A DNA stretch of 64,000 nt. Origin: an uncultured Veillonellaceae bacterium (GTDB taxonomy: Bacteria; Bacillota; Negativicutes; Veillonellales; Dialisteraceae). The number at the start of each line of letters is the position of its first letter. Position 1 is the stretch's first letter. The stretch lies in contig CATVYJ010000005.1 of assembly GCA_958348245.1 (NCBI GenBank), forward strand, positions 13,625 through 77,624, written 5' to 3'. A program made the translations under genes and the position numbers. Positions 47,071 to 55,354 of this stretch are shown piece after piece. Under the pieces are notes generated by a model that saw nothing but the letters and a program-made list of their open reading frames with translations, had not been told where the DNA came from and searched no databases.

Positions 47071-47193
47071 GAAATTTGTAAGTAGTTATAAACTGCATGA
47101 TTTATGATATTGATAGAAAATGACGAGTAATGATTTATAATCATGTAGACTTATAACGAATGTACAAACTCAGTTAGAGGAGGATTTGTTATT

Positions 47194-48357
47194 ATGATGG
47201 ACACTCTGGCTCAGAACAGCCATCTGTTTGATGAACTGTTTCAGGGCGTATACGGCGTCGCGGACATCGGCATCCTGTCCATGTTCGTCATCGGCTTTAT
47301 CCTGATGTTCCTCGCCGTCAGATACGACTATGAACCGATGCTGCTCTTCCCGATGGGCGTCGGCTGTATTCTGGCCAACATCCCCGGTCACTATGCCGTA
47401 CTGCAGGAACCGGGCGCGGAAGGCTTCCTTTTCGTTCTCTACAAAGCAGGCATTGCCAATGAACTTTTCCCGGTCATGATCTTTATCGCCATCGGCGCGA
47501 TGTGCGAATTCAGCCCGCTTATGAGAAAACCCTACGTGATGTTCTTCGCGGCGGCTGCGCAGTTCGGTATCTTCATGACGGCGTTCCTCGCGGCGCTGGT
47601 AGGCTTCCCCTTCAACCAGGCGGCCTCCATCGGCATCATCGGCGCGGCTGACGGCCCGACCACCATTTTCGTCGCTTCCCGTTATGCGCAGGAAATGCTC
47701 GGACCGTTGTCCGTAGCGGCGTACTGCTACATGTCCCTCGTACCGGTCATCCAGCCCCCGATCATCAAGCTGCTCACCACGAAGAAAGAACGCCAGATCC
47801 GCATGCCCTTCACCGGCGACACCCCGGTATCTGACCGCGCTCTCTTCATTTTCCCGCTGATGATCGTCATGGTCGCCGGCATCGTGGCTCCCATGTCCGT
47901 ACCGCTCATCGGCGCCCTCATGTTCGGCAACCTGCTGAAAGTGTCCGGCTGCACGGATCAGCTCGCGAACTGCGCGAAGGATGACCTGTCCAACCTCGTC
48001 ACCCTGTTCCTCGGTCTGGTCGTAGGCTCCACCATGACGGCGGAAAACTTCCTGACCTTCGACGTGTTCAAGATCCTCTGCCTCGGCGCGGTGGCCTTCG
48101 TATTCGATACGGCAGGCGGCGTCCTCTTCGCAAAGATCCTGAACCTCTTCCTCGCGAAGAAGATCAACCCCATGATCGGCGCGTGCGGCATCTCCGCATT
48201 CCCCATGTCCGGCCGTGTTATCGCTAAAATGGCGCTGAAAGACGATCCCACGAACTTCATCGTGCAGGATGCCATCGGCGTCAACGTAGCCGGCCAGATC
48301 GCATCCGTCGTCGCAGGCGGTCTCGTTGTCTGCATGATTCCGATGCTGTCCAAGTAA
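47194..48357 (+). CDS. Na+-translocating decarboxylase beta subunit (OadB/GcdB/MmdB family), paralog A1
   Basis: 387 aa, ...AASIGIIGAADGPTTIFVASRYA...LVPVIQPPIIKLLTTKKERQIRM...FGNLLKVSG...KINPMIGACGISAFPMSGRV... These are the hallmark OadB motifs (compare AAAIGIIGGADGPTAIY, LIQPPIMKALTT..ERKIRM, INPLIGSAGVSAVPMAARV). Confidence 0.8.
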   Translation: MMDTLAQNSHLFDELFQGVYGVADIGILSMFVIGFILMFLAVRYDYEPMLLFPMGVGCILANIPGHYAVLQEPGAEGFLFVLYKAGIANELFPVMIFIAIGAMCEFSPLMRKPYVMFFAAAAQFGIFMTAFLAALVGFPFNQAASIGIIGAADGPTTIFVASRYAQEMLGPLSVAAYCYMSLVPVIQPPIIKLLTTKKERQIRMPFTGDTPVSDRALFIFPLMIVMVAGIVAPMSVPLIGALMFGNLLKVSGCTDQLANCAKDDLSNLVTLFLGLVVGSTMTAENFLTFDVFKILCLGAVAFVFDTAGGVLFAKILNLFLAKKINPMIGACGISAFPMSGRVIAKMALKDDPTNFIVQDAIGVNVAGQIASVVAGGLVVCMIPMLSK

Positions 48358-48372
48358 GGAGGCCTTTCATAC

Positions 48373-48492
48373 ATGGAACCGACAAGTGCAGCTCTTTTCC
48401 AGATGGTGGTCTGCGTACCGCTCATGTTCGTCGTCATCGGCATTTTCGTTCTGCTCACCAAGGGCCTGACGAAACTGTTCCCGGCGAAATAA
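48373..48492 (+). CDS. 39-aa single-TM peptide, OadG (gamma subunit) N-terminal-anchor-like. It is below the ORF-track size cutoff.
   Basis: MEPTSAALFQMVVCVPLMFVVIGIFVLLTKGLTKLFPAK, SD aaggagg 10 nt upstream. Compare the OadG N-terminus ...[41 protein letters not shown]. Confidence 0.6.
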   Translation: MEPTSAALFQMVVCVPLMFVVIGIFVLLTKGLTKLFPAK

Positions 48493-48630
48493 TCCGGCTG
48501 GAATTCTGAAACATTCGGAATGAGGGGGGCCCTCGAAAGCCTTCCGCGTCCCTCAAGGCGCGCTCCCGCCTTTCTTCCGGGAAAGCGCGGGAACACACCT
48601 CTTTTACCTGAAAAGGCGGTGTAAATCCCA
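48493..48630 (+). promoter_or_regulatory. conserved structured intercistronic spacer (nested hairpins + U-rich tail) between the mini-peptide gene and the Dcu gene. It is a candidate attenuator or RNA-processing site.
   Basis: gaggggggccctc, then cgcgcuCCCGccuuucuuCCGGGaaagcgcg, then acacaccucuuuuacc. It is about 95% identical to 51665-51804, more than the flanking coding DNA. Confidence 0.45.
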
Positions 48631-49941
48631 ATGGATATTTCGACTCCCGCTCTTGCCTCCATCATCGTACTGGTGGCAATCGTCGTATTCTCCTGCTTCC
48701 GCGATATCAACGTAGGTATCCTCGGCACGGCAGGGGGCCTTCTGGTCGGCATGATGTTTGCCGGCATGAAAATCAGCGAAGTCTACAAAGGCTGGCCGCT
48801 GTCCCTGTTCATGATCCTCGTGGGCGTTACGTTCATGTTCTCCGCCGCGCAGGTGAACGGCACCATGGAGAAATTCTCCGCGGTGTGCGTCCGTCTCGCC
48901 AAGGGCAACGTGGCTCTCATCCCGATCATTCTCTTCGTTCTCGTGACCTTCATCACCACCATCGGCCCCGGCAACATTGCCTCCACGGCCCTGATGGCTC
49001 CCATGTGCATGGCCATTGCAGGCCGCATCGGCCTCTCCCCGTTCTGCATGACGCTGCTCGTCGTCGGCGCGGCAAACGGCGCGGCCCTGTCTCCTTTCGC
49101 TCCGACCGGCATCATCTCCAACGGCCTCATCGCCCAGTGGGCGCCCCAGGTGGGCATCCCCACGGAGGAACTGTCCGGCATCGCCTGGAAGATTCACTGG
49201 AACTCTGAAATCGTACAGAGCGTCGTCAACTTCGGCGGCTTCTTCCTCACCGGCGGCCTCGCCTGGATGAGCAAGGCCAAGAGCGGCGGCGCGGACTTCG
49301 ACATCGACTCCATCGCTCCGAAGCCGGAACCCTTCGACTGGAAACAGAAGTACACCCTCTTCACGATGCTCGTCCTCGTGTGCGGCGTCATTTTCTTCAA
49401 ACTCGACGTAGGCATGCTCGCCTTCTGCATCGGCACCACCTTCATCCTCTTCAACATCGCGGATGACGGCGAAGCCGTGAAGAAAATGCCCTGGGGCGTC
49501 ATCGTCATGGTCTGCGGCATGTCCGTCCTGATCAACGTCATGGATAAGGCGGGCGGCCTGAACGCCCTCGTCGACATGATCGCCGTCGTATCCAACGGCA
49601 CGACCATCACCGGCGTCGTAGGCTTCATCGCGGGCCTGCTCTCCGCATACTCCAGCTCCTCCGGCGTCATCATGCCCATGTTCCTCAGCATGGTGCCGGG
49701 GCTCCTTGAAGCGGTGAATACCGTCGATGCGGACCACGCGGTCCGTCTGGCATCCGCCATCGACATCGGCGCTCACCTCGTCGATACGTCCCCGCTGTCC
49801 ACGCTGGGCGCGCTGTGCATCGCCAACGCGGTCACCGAAGACAAGGGCATTCTCTTCCGCAATCTGCTCCTGTGGGGGCTCTCCATGTCCGTCGTAGGCG
49901 GCGTCGTCTGCTACGTGGCCTTCGGTCTGCTCGGCCTGTAA
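48631..49941 (+). CDS. Dcu-family (DcuA/DcuB-like) anaerobic C4-dicarboxylate transporter, paralog B1
   Basis: 436 aa polytopic. It matches the DcuA/B N-terminal pattern (IIVLVAIVVFSCFRD.NVGILGTAGGLLVG versus DcuA VELIIVLLAIFLGARLGGIGIGFAGGLGV), a central ...TIGPGNIAS...LSPFAPTG, and the C-terminus. Confidence 0.6.
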   Translation: MDISTPALASIIVLVAIVVFSCFRDINVGILGTAGGLLVGMMFAGMKISEVYKGWPLSLFMILVGVTFMFSAAQVNGTMEKFSAVCVRLAKGNVALIPIILFVLVTFITTIGPGNIASTALMAPMCMAIAGRIGLSPFCMTLLVVGAANGAALSPFAPTGIISNGLIAQWAPQVGIPTEELSGIAWKIHWNSEIVQSVVNFGGFFLTGGLAWMSKAKSGGADFDIDSIAPKPEPFDWKQKYTLFTMLVLVCGVIFFKLDVGMLAFCIGTTFILFNIADDGEAVKKMPWGVIVMVCGMSVLINVMDKAGGLNALVDMIAVVSNGTTITGVVGFIAGLLSAYSSSSGVIMPMFLSMVPGLLEAVNTVDADHAVRLASAIDIGAHLVDTSPLSTLGALCIANAVTEDKGILFRNLLLWGLSMSVVGGVVCYVAFGLLGL

Positions 49942-49983
49942 GGCTGTCAACCGGACGCGGAAGAAAACAGACAGATGACAGAA

Positions 49984-50020
49984 AACTGGAAACGTACTTC
50001 GTGTCGTTTCCAGTTTTTTT
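49984..50020 (+). terminator. intrinsic terminator of cassette 1
   Basis: aactggaaacg tacttcgtgt cgtttccagtt ttttt. Confidence 0.7.
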
Positions 50021-50146
50021 GTGCGTAAAATAGACAGTGCAAATGATAACAAATCGTATATAAATCCGTCATTTCTCTATCCACGGAAACAACCATTTGT
50101 CAAATCGCATTTCTAAACCGGCCGGAGCGGGGGAAATCCCCTCTGA

Positions 50147-50175
50147 TTGACACCCAAAATGGCAAATCTTACAAT
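50147..50175 (+). promoter_or_regulatory. sigma70 promoter TTGACA-N17-TACAAT driving cassette 2
   Basis: ttgaca cccaaaatggcaaatct tacaat gaaacc. Confidence 0.6.
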
Positions 50176-50210
50176 GAAACCGTACTTATGGGCCACCAGA
50201 CCCGGCGTAC

Positions 50211-50250
50211 GCATTCTATGGTCGAAAAGGAGGGCAGCAGACAAGACCGA
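50211..50250 (+). promoter_or_regulatory. conserved leader hairpin motif (copy 2)
   Basis: gcATTCTatGGTCgaAAAGGAGGgcagcagacaaGACCg. Confidence 0.4.
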
Positions 50251-50371
50251 CAATGGCTGCGCGTTATAAACGCGTCTTTTATGAAGTCGATAGAATTACG
50301 GAAATGTCCTTCATGAAGACGAGAGAAAAATAACGGCGCGCAATATTTTCCTAAGAGGAGGAATTTTTAAC

Positions 50372-51532
50372 ATGGACACTCTGGCTCAGAACAGCGGTCT
50401 GTTTGACGAGCTTTTCCAGGGCATTTACGGACTGGCAGATGTGGGCATCCTCGCGATGTTCGTCGTCGGCTTCATCCTCATGTTCCTCGCCGTCAGATAC
50501 GACTATGAACCGATGCTGCTCTTCCCGATGGGCATCGGCTGCGTTCTTGCAAACATTCCCGGACACTACGCAGTGCTCCAGGATCCCGGAAGCGAAGGCT
50601 TCCTGTACGTTCTCTACAAAGCGGGTATCGCAAACGAACTTTTCCCGGTCATGATCTTTATCGCCATTGGTGCAATGTGCGAATTTGACCCGCTTATGAG
50701 AAAGCCGTTCGTCATGCTCTTCGCAGCAGCGGCTCAGTTCGGTATCTTCATGACTGCGTTCCTCGCGACGCTCCTCGGCTTCCCCTTCAACCAGGCGGCA
50801 GCCATCGGCATCATCGGCGCAGCTGACGGCCCGACCACGATCTTCGTCGCTTCCCGCTATGCGCAGGAAATGCTTGGACCGTTGTCCGTAGCGGCGTACT
50901 GCTACATGTCCCTCGTACCGGTTATTCAGCCTCCGATCATCAAACTGCTCACCACCAAACATGAACGCAAGATCCGTATGCCGTTCACCGGTGAAGCTCC
51001 GGTTTCTGATCGCGCACTCTTCATTTTCCCGCTGATGATCGTCATGGTCGCCGGCGTTGTAGCTCCTATTTCCGTACCGCTCATCGGCGCTCTCATGTTC
51101 GGCAACCTGCTGAAGGTATCCGGCTGCACCGACGACCTGGCAGACTGCGCGAAGGATGACCTGTCCAACCTCGTCACCCTGTTCCTCGGCCTGGTCGTAG
51201 GCTCCACCATGACGGCGGAAAACTTCCTGACCTTCGACGTATTCAAGATCCTCTGCCTCGGCGCGGTCGCATTCGTATTCGATACCGCCGGCGGCGTCAT
51301 CTTCGCGAAGATCGTCAATCTGTTCCTGACCAAGAAGATCAACCCGATGATCGGCGCATGCGGCATCTCCGCATTCCCGATGTCCGGCCGTGTTATCGCC
51401 AAGATGGCGCTGAAAGAAGATCCGACGAACTTCATCGTCCAGGATGCTATCGGCGTCAACGTAGCTGGTCAGATCGCCTCCGTTGTTGCCGGCGGCCTCG
51501 TGCTCTGCATGATCCCGCTGCTGTCTAAATAA
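50372..51532 (+). CDS. Na+-translocating decarboxylase beta subunit (OadB family), paralog A2
   Basis: 386 aa. About 85% identical to A1. From about residue 100 it is identical to A3 in protein and, over more than 600 bp, in DNA. Confidence 0.8.
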   Translation: MDTLAQNSGLFDELFQGIYGLADVGILAMFVVGFILMFLAVRYDYEPMLLFPMGIGCVLANIPGHYAVLQDPGSEGFLYVLYKAGIANELFPVMIFIAIGAMCEFDPLMRKPFVMLFAAAAQFGIFMTAFLATLLGFPFNQAAAIGIIGAADGPTTIFVASRYAQEMLGPLSVAAYCYMSLVPVIQPPIIKLLTTKHERKIRMPFTGEAPVSDRALFIFPLMIVMVAGVVAPISVPLIGALMFGNLLKVSGCTDDLADCAKDDLSNLVTLFLGLVVGSTMTAENFLTFDVFKILCLGAVAFVFDTAGGVIFAKIVNLFLTKKINPMIGACGISAFPMSGRVIAKMALKEDPTNFIVQDAIGVNVAGQIASVVAGGLVLCMIPLLSK

Positions 51533-51544
51533 GGAGGTCTTAGT

Positions 51545-51664
51545 ATGAATCCTGTAAGTGCAGCTCTTTTCCAGATGGTGGTCTGCGTACCGCTCATGTT
51601 CGTCGTTATCGGCGTTTTCGTTCTGCTCACCAAGGGCCTGACGAAAATGTTCCCGGCGAAATAA
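51545..51664 (+). CDS. 39-aa OadG-anchor-like mini-peptide (copy 2)
   Basis: MNPVSAALFQMVVCVPLMFVVIGVFVLLTKGLTKMFPAK, SD aaggagg. Confidence 0.6.
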   Translation: MNPVSAALFQMVVCVPLMFVVIGVFVLLTKGLTKMFPAK

Positions 51665-51804
51665 TCTGGCTGGAATTCTGAAACATTCGGAATGAGGGGG
51701 GCCCTCGAAAGCCTCCCGCGTCCCTCAAGGCGCGCTCCCGCGCTTTCTCACGGGAAGGCGCGGGAACACACCTCTTTTTACCTGAAAAGGTGGTGTAAAT
51801 CCCA

Positions 51805-53118
51805 ATGGATATTTCGACCCCGGCACTTGCCTCCATCATCGTACTGGTGGCAATCGTCCTGTTCTCCTGCTTCCGGGATATCAACGTAGGTATCCTCGGC
51901 ACCGCAGGCGGTCTGATTGTCGGCATGGTATTCTCCGGCATGAAGATCAATGAAGTCTACAAAGGCTGGCCGCTGTCCCTGTTCATGATCCTCGTCGGCG
52001 TAACGTTCATGTTCTCCGCCGCACAGGTTAACGGCACGATGGAGAAATTCTCCGCGATCTGCGTACGTCTTGCGAAAGCAAACATCCGCCTGATTCCGTT
52101 CATTCTGTTCTTCCTCGTGACCTTCATCACGACCATCGGCCCCGGCAACATCGCAACCACCGCTCTGATGGCTCCGATGTGCATGGCCATTGCAGGCCGT
52201 ATCGGCCTCTCCCCGTTCTGCATGACGCTGCTCGTAGTCGGCGCGGCAAACGGCGCGGCCTTCTCTCCTTTCGCTCCGACCGGCATCATTTCCAACGGCA
52301 TCATCGCCAGCTGGGCTCCGCAGGTCGGCATTCCTCAGGAAGCTCTTTCCGGTCTCGGCTGGAAGATTCACTGGAACTCTGAAATCGCTCAGGGCGTCGT
52401 CAACTTCGGCGGCTTCTTCCTGACCGGCGGCCTTGCCTGGATGGGCAAAGCCAAAGGCGGCGCGGACTTCGACATCGATTCCATCGCTCCGAAGCCGGAC
52501 GCATTTGACTGGAAGCAGAAGTACACCCTCTTCACGATGGTCGTACTGGTTGTAGGCGTTATCGCCTTCCACCTGGACGTAGGCATGCTTTCCTTCGTTA
52601 TCGGCACGACCTACATCCTCTTCAACATTGCTGACGACGGCGAAGCCGTAAAGAAAATGCCCTGGGGCGTCATCGTCATGGTCTGCGGTATGTCTGTCCT
52701 GATCAACGTCATGGATAAGGCAGGCGGCCTGAACGCTCTCATCGACATGATCGCCATCGTGTCCAACGGCACGACCATCAACGGCGTGGTCGGCTTCATC
52801 GCAGGTCTGATTTCCGCATACTCCAGCTCCTCCGGCGTTGTCATGCCGATGTTCCTGAACATGGTTCCCGGCCTGCTGCAGGCTGTGGGCACCTTTGATG
52901 CAGATCATGCGGTTCGTCTCGCATCCTCCATCAATATCGGCGCTCACCTCGTAGATACCTCCCCGCTGTCCACCCTCGGCGCGCTCTGCATTGCAAACGC
53001 GGCTGTAGACGACAAGGCGAAGGGCGTACTCTTCCGGAACCTCCTGTTCTGGGGTCTGTCCATGTCCGTCGTAGGCGCAGTGGTCTGCTACGTATTCTTC
53101 GGTCTGCTCGGCCTGTAA
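51805..53118 (+). CDS. Dcu-family C4-dicarboxylate transporter, paralog B2
   Basis: 437 aa, MDISTPALASIIVLVAIVLFSCFRDINVGILGTAGGLIVG... About 95% identical to B4, with 100% DNA-identical tracts. Confidence 0.6.
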   Translation: MDISTPALASIIVLVAIVLFSCFRDINVGILGTAGGLIVGMVFSGMKINEVYKGWPLSLFMILVGVTFMFSAAQVNGTMEKFSAICVRLAKANIRLIPFILFFLVTFITTIGPGNIATTALMAPMCMAIAGRIGLSPFCMTLLVVGAANGAAFSPFAPTGIISNGIIASWAPQVGIPQEALSGLGWKIHWNSEIAQGVVNFGGFFLTGGLAWMGKAKGGADFDIDSIAPKPDAFDWKQKYTLFTMVVLVVGVIAFHLDVGMLSFVIGTTYILFNIADDGEAVKKMPWGVIVMVCGMSVLINVMDKAGGLNALIDMIAIVSNGTTINGVVGFIAGLISAYSSSSGVVMPMFLNMVPGLLQAVGTFDADHAVRLASSINIGAHLVDTSPLSTLGALCIANAAVDDKAKGVLFRNLLFWGLSMSVVGAVVCYVFFGLLGL

Positions 53119-53142
53119 TCCTTTACAGCGCAGGCAGCTGAT

Positions 53143-53180
53143 AAAAAACACAGCTTTCTTCGGAAGGCTGTGTTTTTTTG
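53143..53180 (+). terminator. intrinsic terminator of cassette 2
   Basis: aaaaaacacagctttcttcggaaggctgtgtttttttg. Confidence 0.7.
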
Positions 53181-53194
53181 CGCGCCCGCGGCAA

Positions 53195-53460
53195 AGCGCG
53201 GCCCGGCATACAGAGAACAGAAAAGAAACGGACGGCGCGGGAAACGGAGGATGGAAAAGGAGAAAACGGAGACGGGAGAGGGCGGAGGCAGCCGGAAGCG
53301 GGGAGGAACGGAAACGAGGCGGGAAGCGCGGAGACCGGGAAAGGCGGAGGGCCCGCGCTTCCGCCCGGCGCTTCGATGAGGGCCGCGGACAAGGGGGCGG
53401 AGAACGGGTGTGCGGCCCTTCCGCGGCGGACGTCCGCAGAAGAGCGGGCAGGGAGAATAT
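53195..53460 (+). repeat. roughly 260-nt strongly purine-skewed (GA-rich) low-complexity tract
   Basis: acagagaacagaaaagaaacggacggcgcgggaaacggaggatggaaaaggagaaaacggagacgggagagggcggaggcagccggaagcggggaggaacggaaacgaggcgggaagcgcggagaccgggaaaggcggaggg... Almost no pyrimidines on the + strand. Confidence 0.6.
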
Positions 53461-53566
53461 AAATAAAAACTTTCGGAAAATACAAATAAAAAGAAAAAGA
53501 GAGCGCATCCGGAACGGCTATTAAAGAAATCTATAAGAGGACATGTCAAAATTCTTTCAAAATGAA

Positions 53567-53595
53567 TTGACTGTATAGACGGGCTTTGCTATGAT
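53567..53595 (+). promoter_or_regulatory. sigma70 promoter TTGACT-N17-TATGAT for the solitary Dcu gene B3
   Basis: ttgact gtatagacgggctttgc tatgat. Confidence 0.55.
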
Positions 53596-53774
53596 AGGCG
53601 GGCAATGCCCAAAACCGGCCAGTGTACCGTATGATACACACCGGAAAAGAAGACGGGCGAGCGGCGCAGTTTACAGATCTCATTCCTATTTTTCTTCCGC
53701 GCGCTCCCGCCTCGGGCAGGCAGCCGGTTCAGGCAGGGGACATCCCCGCCATTTCTCACGACGGACTCCGCATG

Positions 53775-53800
53775 GGCGGGCCCGCTTTCTTTTCAAGGTG
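53775..53800 (+). promoter_or_regulatory. hairpin + U-tract (attenuator-like) just upstream of the B3 RBS
   Basis: catgggcgggcccgctttcttttcaagg, then ggtggtgtaaag RBS. Confidence 0.4.
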
Positions 53801-53813
53801 GTGTAAAGTTTTA

Positions 53814-55127
53814 ATGGAAATTTCAACCCCGGCTCTTGCCTCCATCATCGTACTGGTGGCAATCGTCCTGTTTTCCTGCTTCCGGGATATCAACGTAGGT
53901 ATCCTCGGCACGGCAGGCGGTCTGCTGGTGGGCATGCTCTTCTCGGGCATGAAAATCAGCGAAGTCTACGAGGGCTGGCCTCTCAGCCTCTTCATGATCC
54001 TCGTGGGCGTGACGTTCATGTTCTCCTGCGCGCAGGTGAACGGCACCATGGAAAAATTCTCCGCGGTGTGCGTCCGTCTGGCCAAGGCGAATGTGGCGCT
54101 CATTCCGATCATCATGTTCCTGCTGACCACGTTCATCGTGACCATCGGCCCCGGCAACATTGCGGGCACGGCGCTCCTCGCGCCGGTCGCCATGGCGATC
54201 GCCGGCCGTATCGGCCTCTCCCCGTTCTGCATGACGCTGCTCGTGGTCGGCGCGGCAAACGGCGCGGCTTTCTCTCCTTTCGCACCGACGGGCATCATCT
54301 CCAACGGCATCATCGCCGGCTGGGCTCCGCAGGTAGGCATTCCGGCGGATCAGCTGGACAGCCTGGCCTGGAAAGTGCATTTCAACTCTGAAATCGCGCA
54401 GGGCATCGTCAACTTCGGCGGCTTCTTCCTCACGGGCGGCGCGGCATGGATGATGCGCGCCCGCAAAGACGCGAGCTTCGACATCGACTCCATCGCTCCG
54501 AAGCCGGGCGCTTTCGACTGGAAGCAGAAGTACACCCTTCTCACCATGGTCGTTCTCGTGGTGGGCGTCATTTTCTTCAAACTTGACGTAGGCATGCTCT
54601 CCTTCATCATCGGCACCACCTACATTCTCTTCAACATCGCCGACGACGGCGAAGCCGTGAAGAAAATGCCCTGGGGCGTCATCGTCATGGTCTGCGGTAT
54701 GTCTGTCCTGATCAACGTCATGGACCAGGCGGGCGGCCTGAACGCGCTCGTCCAGATGATCGCCGTCGTATCGAACGACACCACCGTGACCGGCGTGGTG
54801 GGCTTCATCTCCGGCCTCATCTCCGCGTACTCCAGCTCCTCCGGCGTCGTCATGCCCATGTTCCTCAACATGGTGCCCGGCCTGCTCGAAGCAGTGGGCA
54901 CGGTGGACGCGGACCATGCGATCCGTCTCGCTTCTTCCATCAACATCGGCTCCCACCTGGTGGATACGTCTCCGCTGTCCACGCTGGGCGCGCTCTGCAT
55001 CGCGAACGCCGCTGTAGACGACAAGGCGAAGGGCATCCTCTTCCGGAATCTGCTCTTCTGGGGCCTCTCCATGTCCATCGTGGGCGGCTTCGTGTGCTAC
55101 GTCGCATTCGGCCTGCTCGGCCTCTGA
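53814..55127 (+). CDS. Dcu-family C4-dicarboxylate transporter, paralog B3 (solitary, with no OadB partner)
   Basis: 437 aa, MEISTPALASIIVLVAIVLFSCFRDINVGILGTAGGLLVG... Internal start; the upstream part of the 501-aa track ORF is leader. Confidence 0.6.
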   Translation: MEISTPALASIIVLVAIVLFSCFRDINVGILGTAGGLLVGMLFSGMKISEVYEGWPLSLFMILVGVTFMFSCAQVNGTMEKFSAVCVRLAKANVALIPIIMFLLTTFIVTIGPGNIAGTALLAPVAMAIAGRIGLSPFCMTLLVVGAANGAAFSPFAPTGIISNGIIAGWAPQVGIPADQLDSLAWKVHFNSEIAQGIVNFGGFFLTGGAAWMMRARKDASFDIDSIAPKPGAFDWKQKYTLLTMVVLVVGVIFFKLDVGMLSFIIGTTYILFNIADDGEAVKKMPWGVIVMVCGMSVLINVMDQAGGLNALVQMIAVVSNDTTVTGVVGFISGLISAYSSSSGVVMPMFLNMVPGLLEAVGTVDADHAIRLASSINIGSHLVDTSPLSTLGALCIANAAVDDKAKGILFRNLLFWGLSMSIVGGFVCYVAFGLLGL

Positions 55128-55156
55128 TATCCATGTATAGTGCCTGAACCGCACGC

Positions 55157-55185
55157 AACCGCAGCCATGCCGGCTGCGGTTTTTG
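55157..55185 (+). terminator. intrinsic terminator after B3
   Basis: aaccgcagcc atgcc ggctgcggtt tttg. Confidence 0.65.
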
Positions 55186-55354
55186 CGTGCGCGGGAAAAG
55201 CGGGCGGCGCGGTATAATAGAGAAAAAGGCGGACGGGCCGGCCCCGGAAGCCTTCGGGCGGGCGTTCGCGGGCATGACCGGGAACGTCCGCGCCATGGAA
55301 GCGCGCGGGCGGGATTTTCCTGCGGGCCGCGGGCGGCATCGGGAGGGAAGAGGG

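Noticed and set aside
53178-53462. 94-aa ORF encoding a K/E/R/G-rich low-complexity protein inside the polypurine tract.
   Set aside because: A purine-only DNA tract inevitably reads as Lys/Glu/Arg/Gly codons. It has no SD and no conservation signal. I treat it as non-coding.
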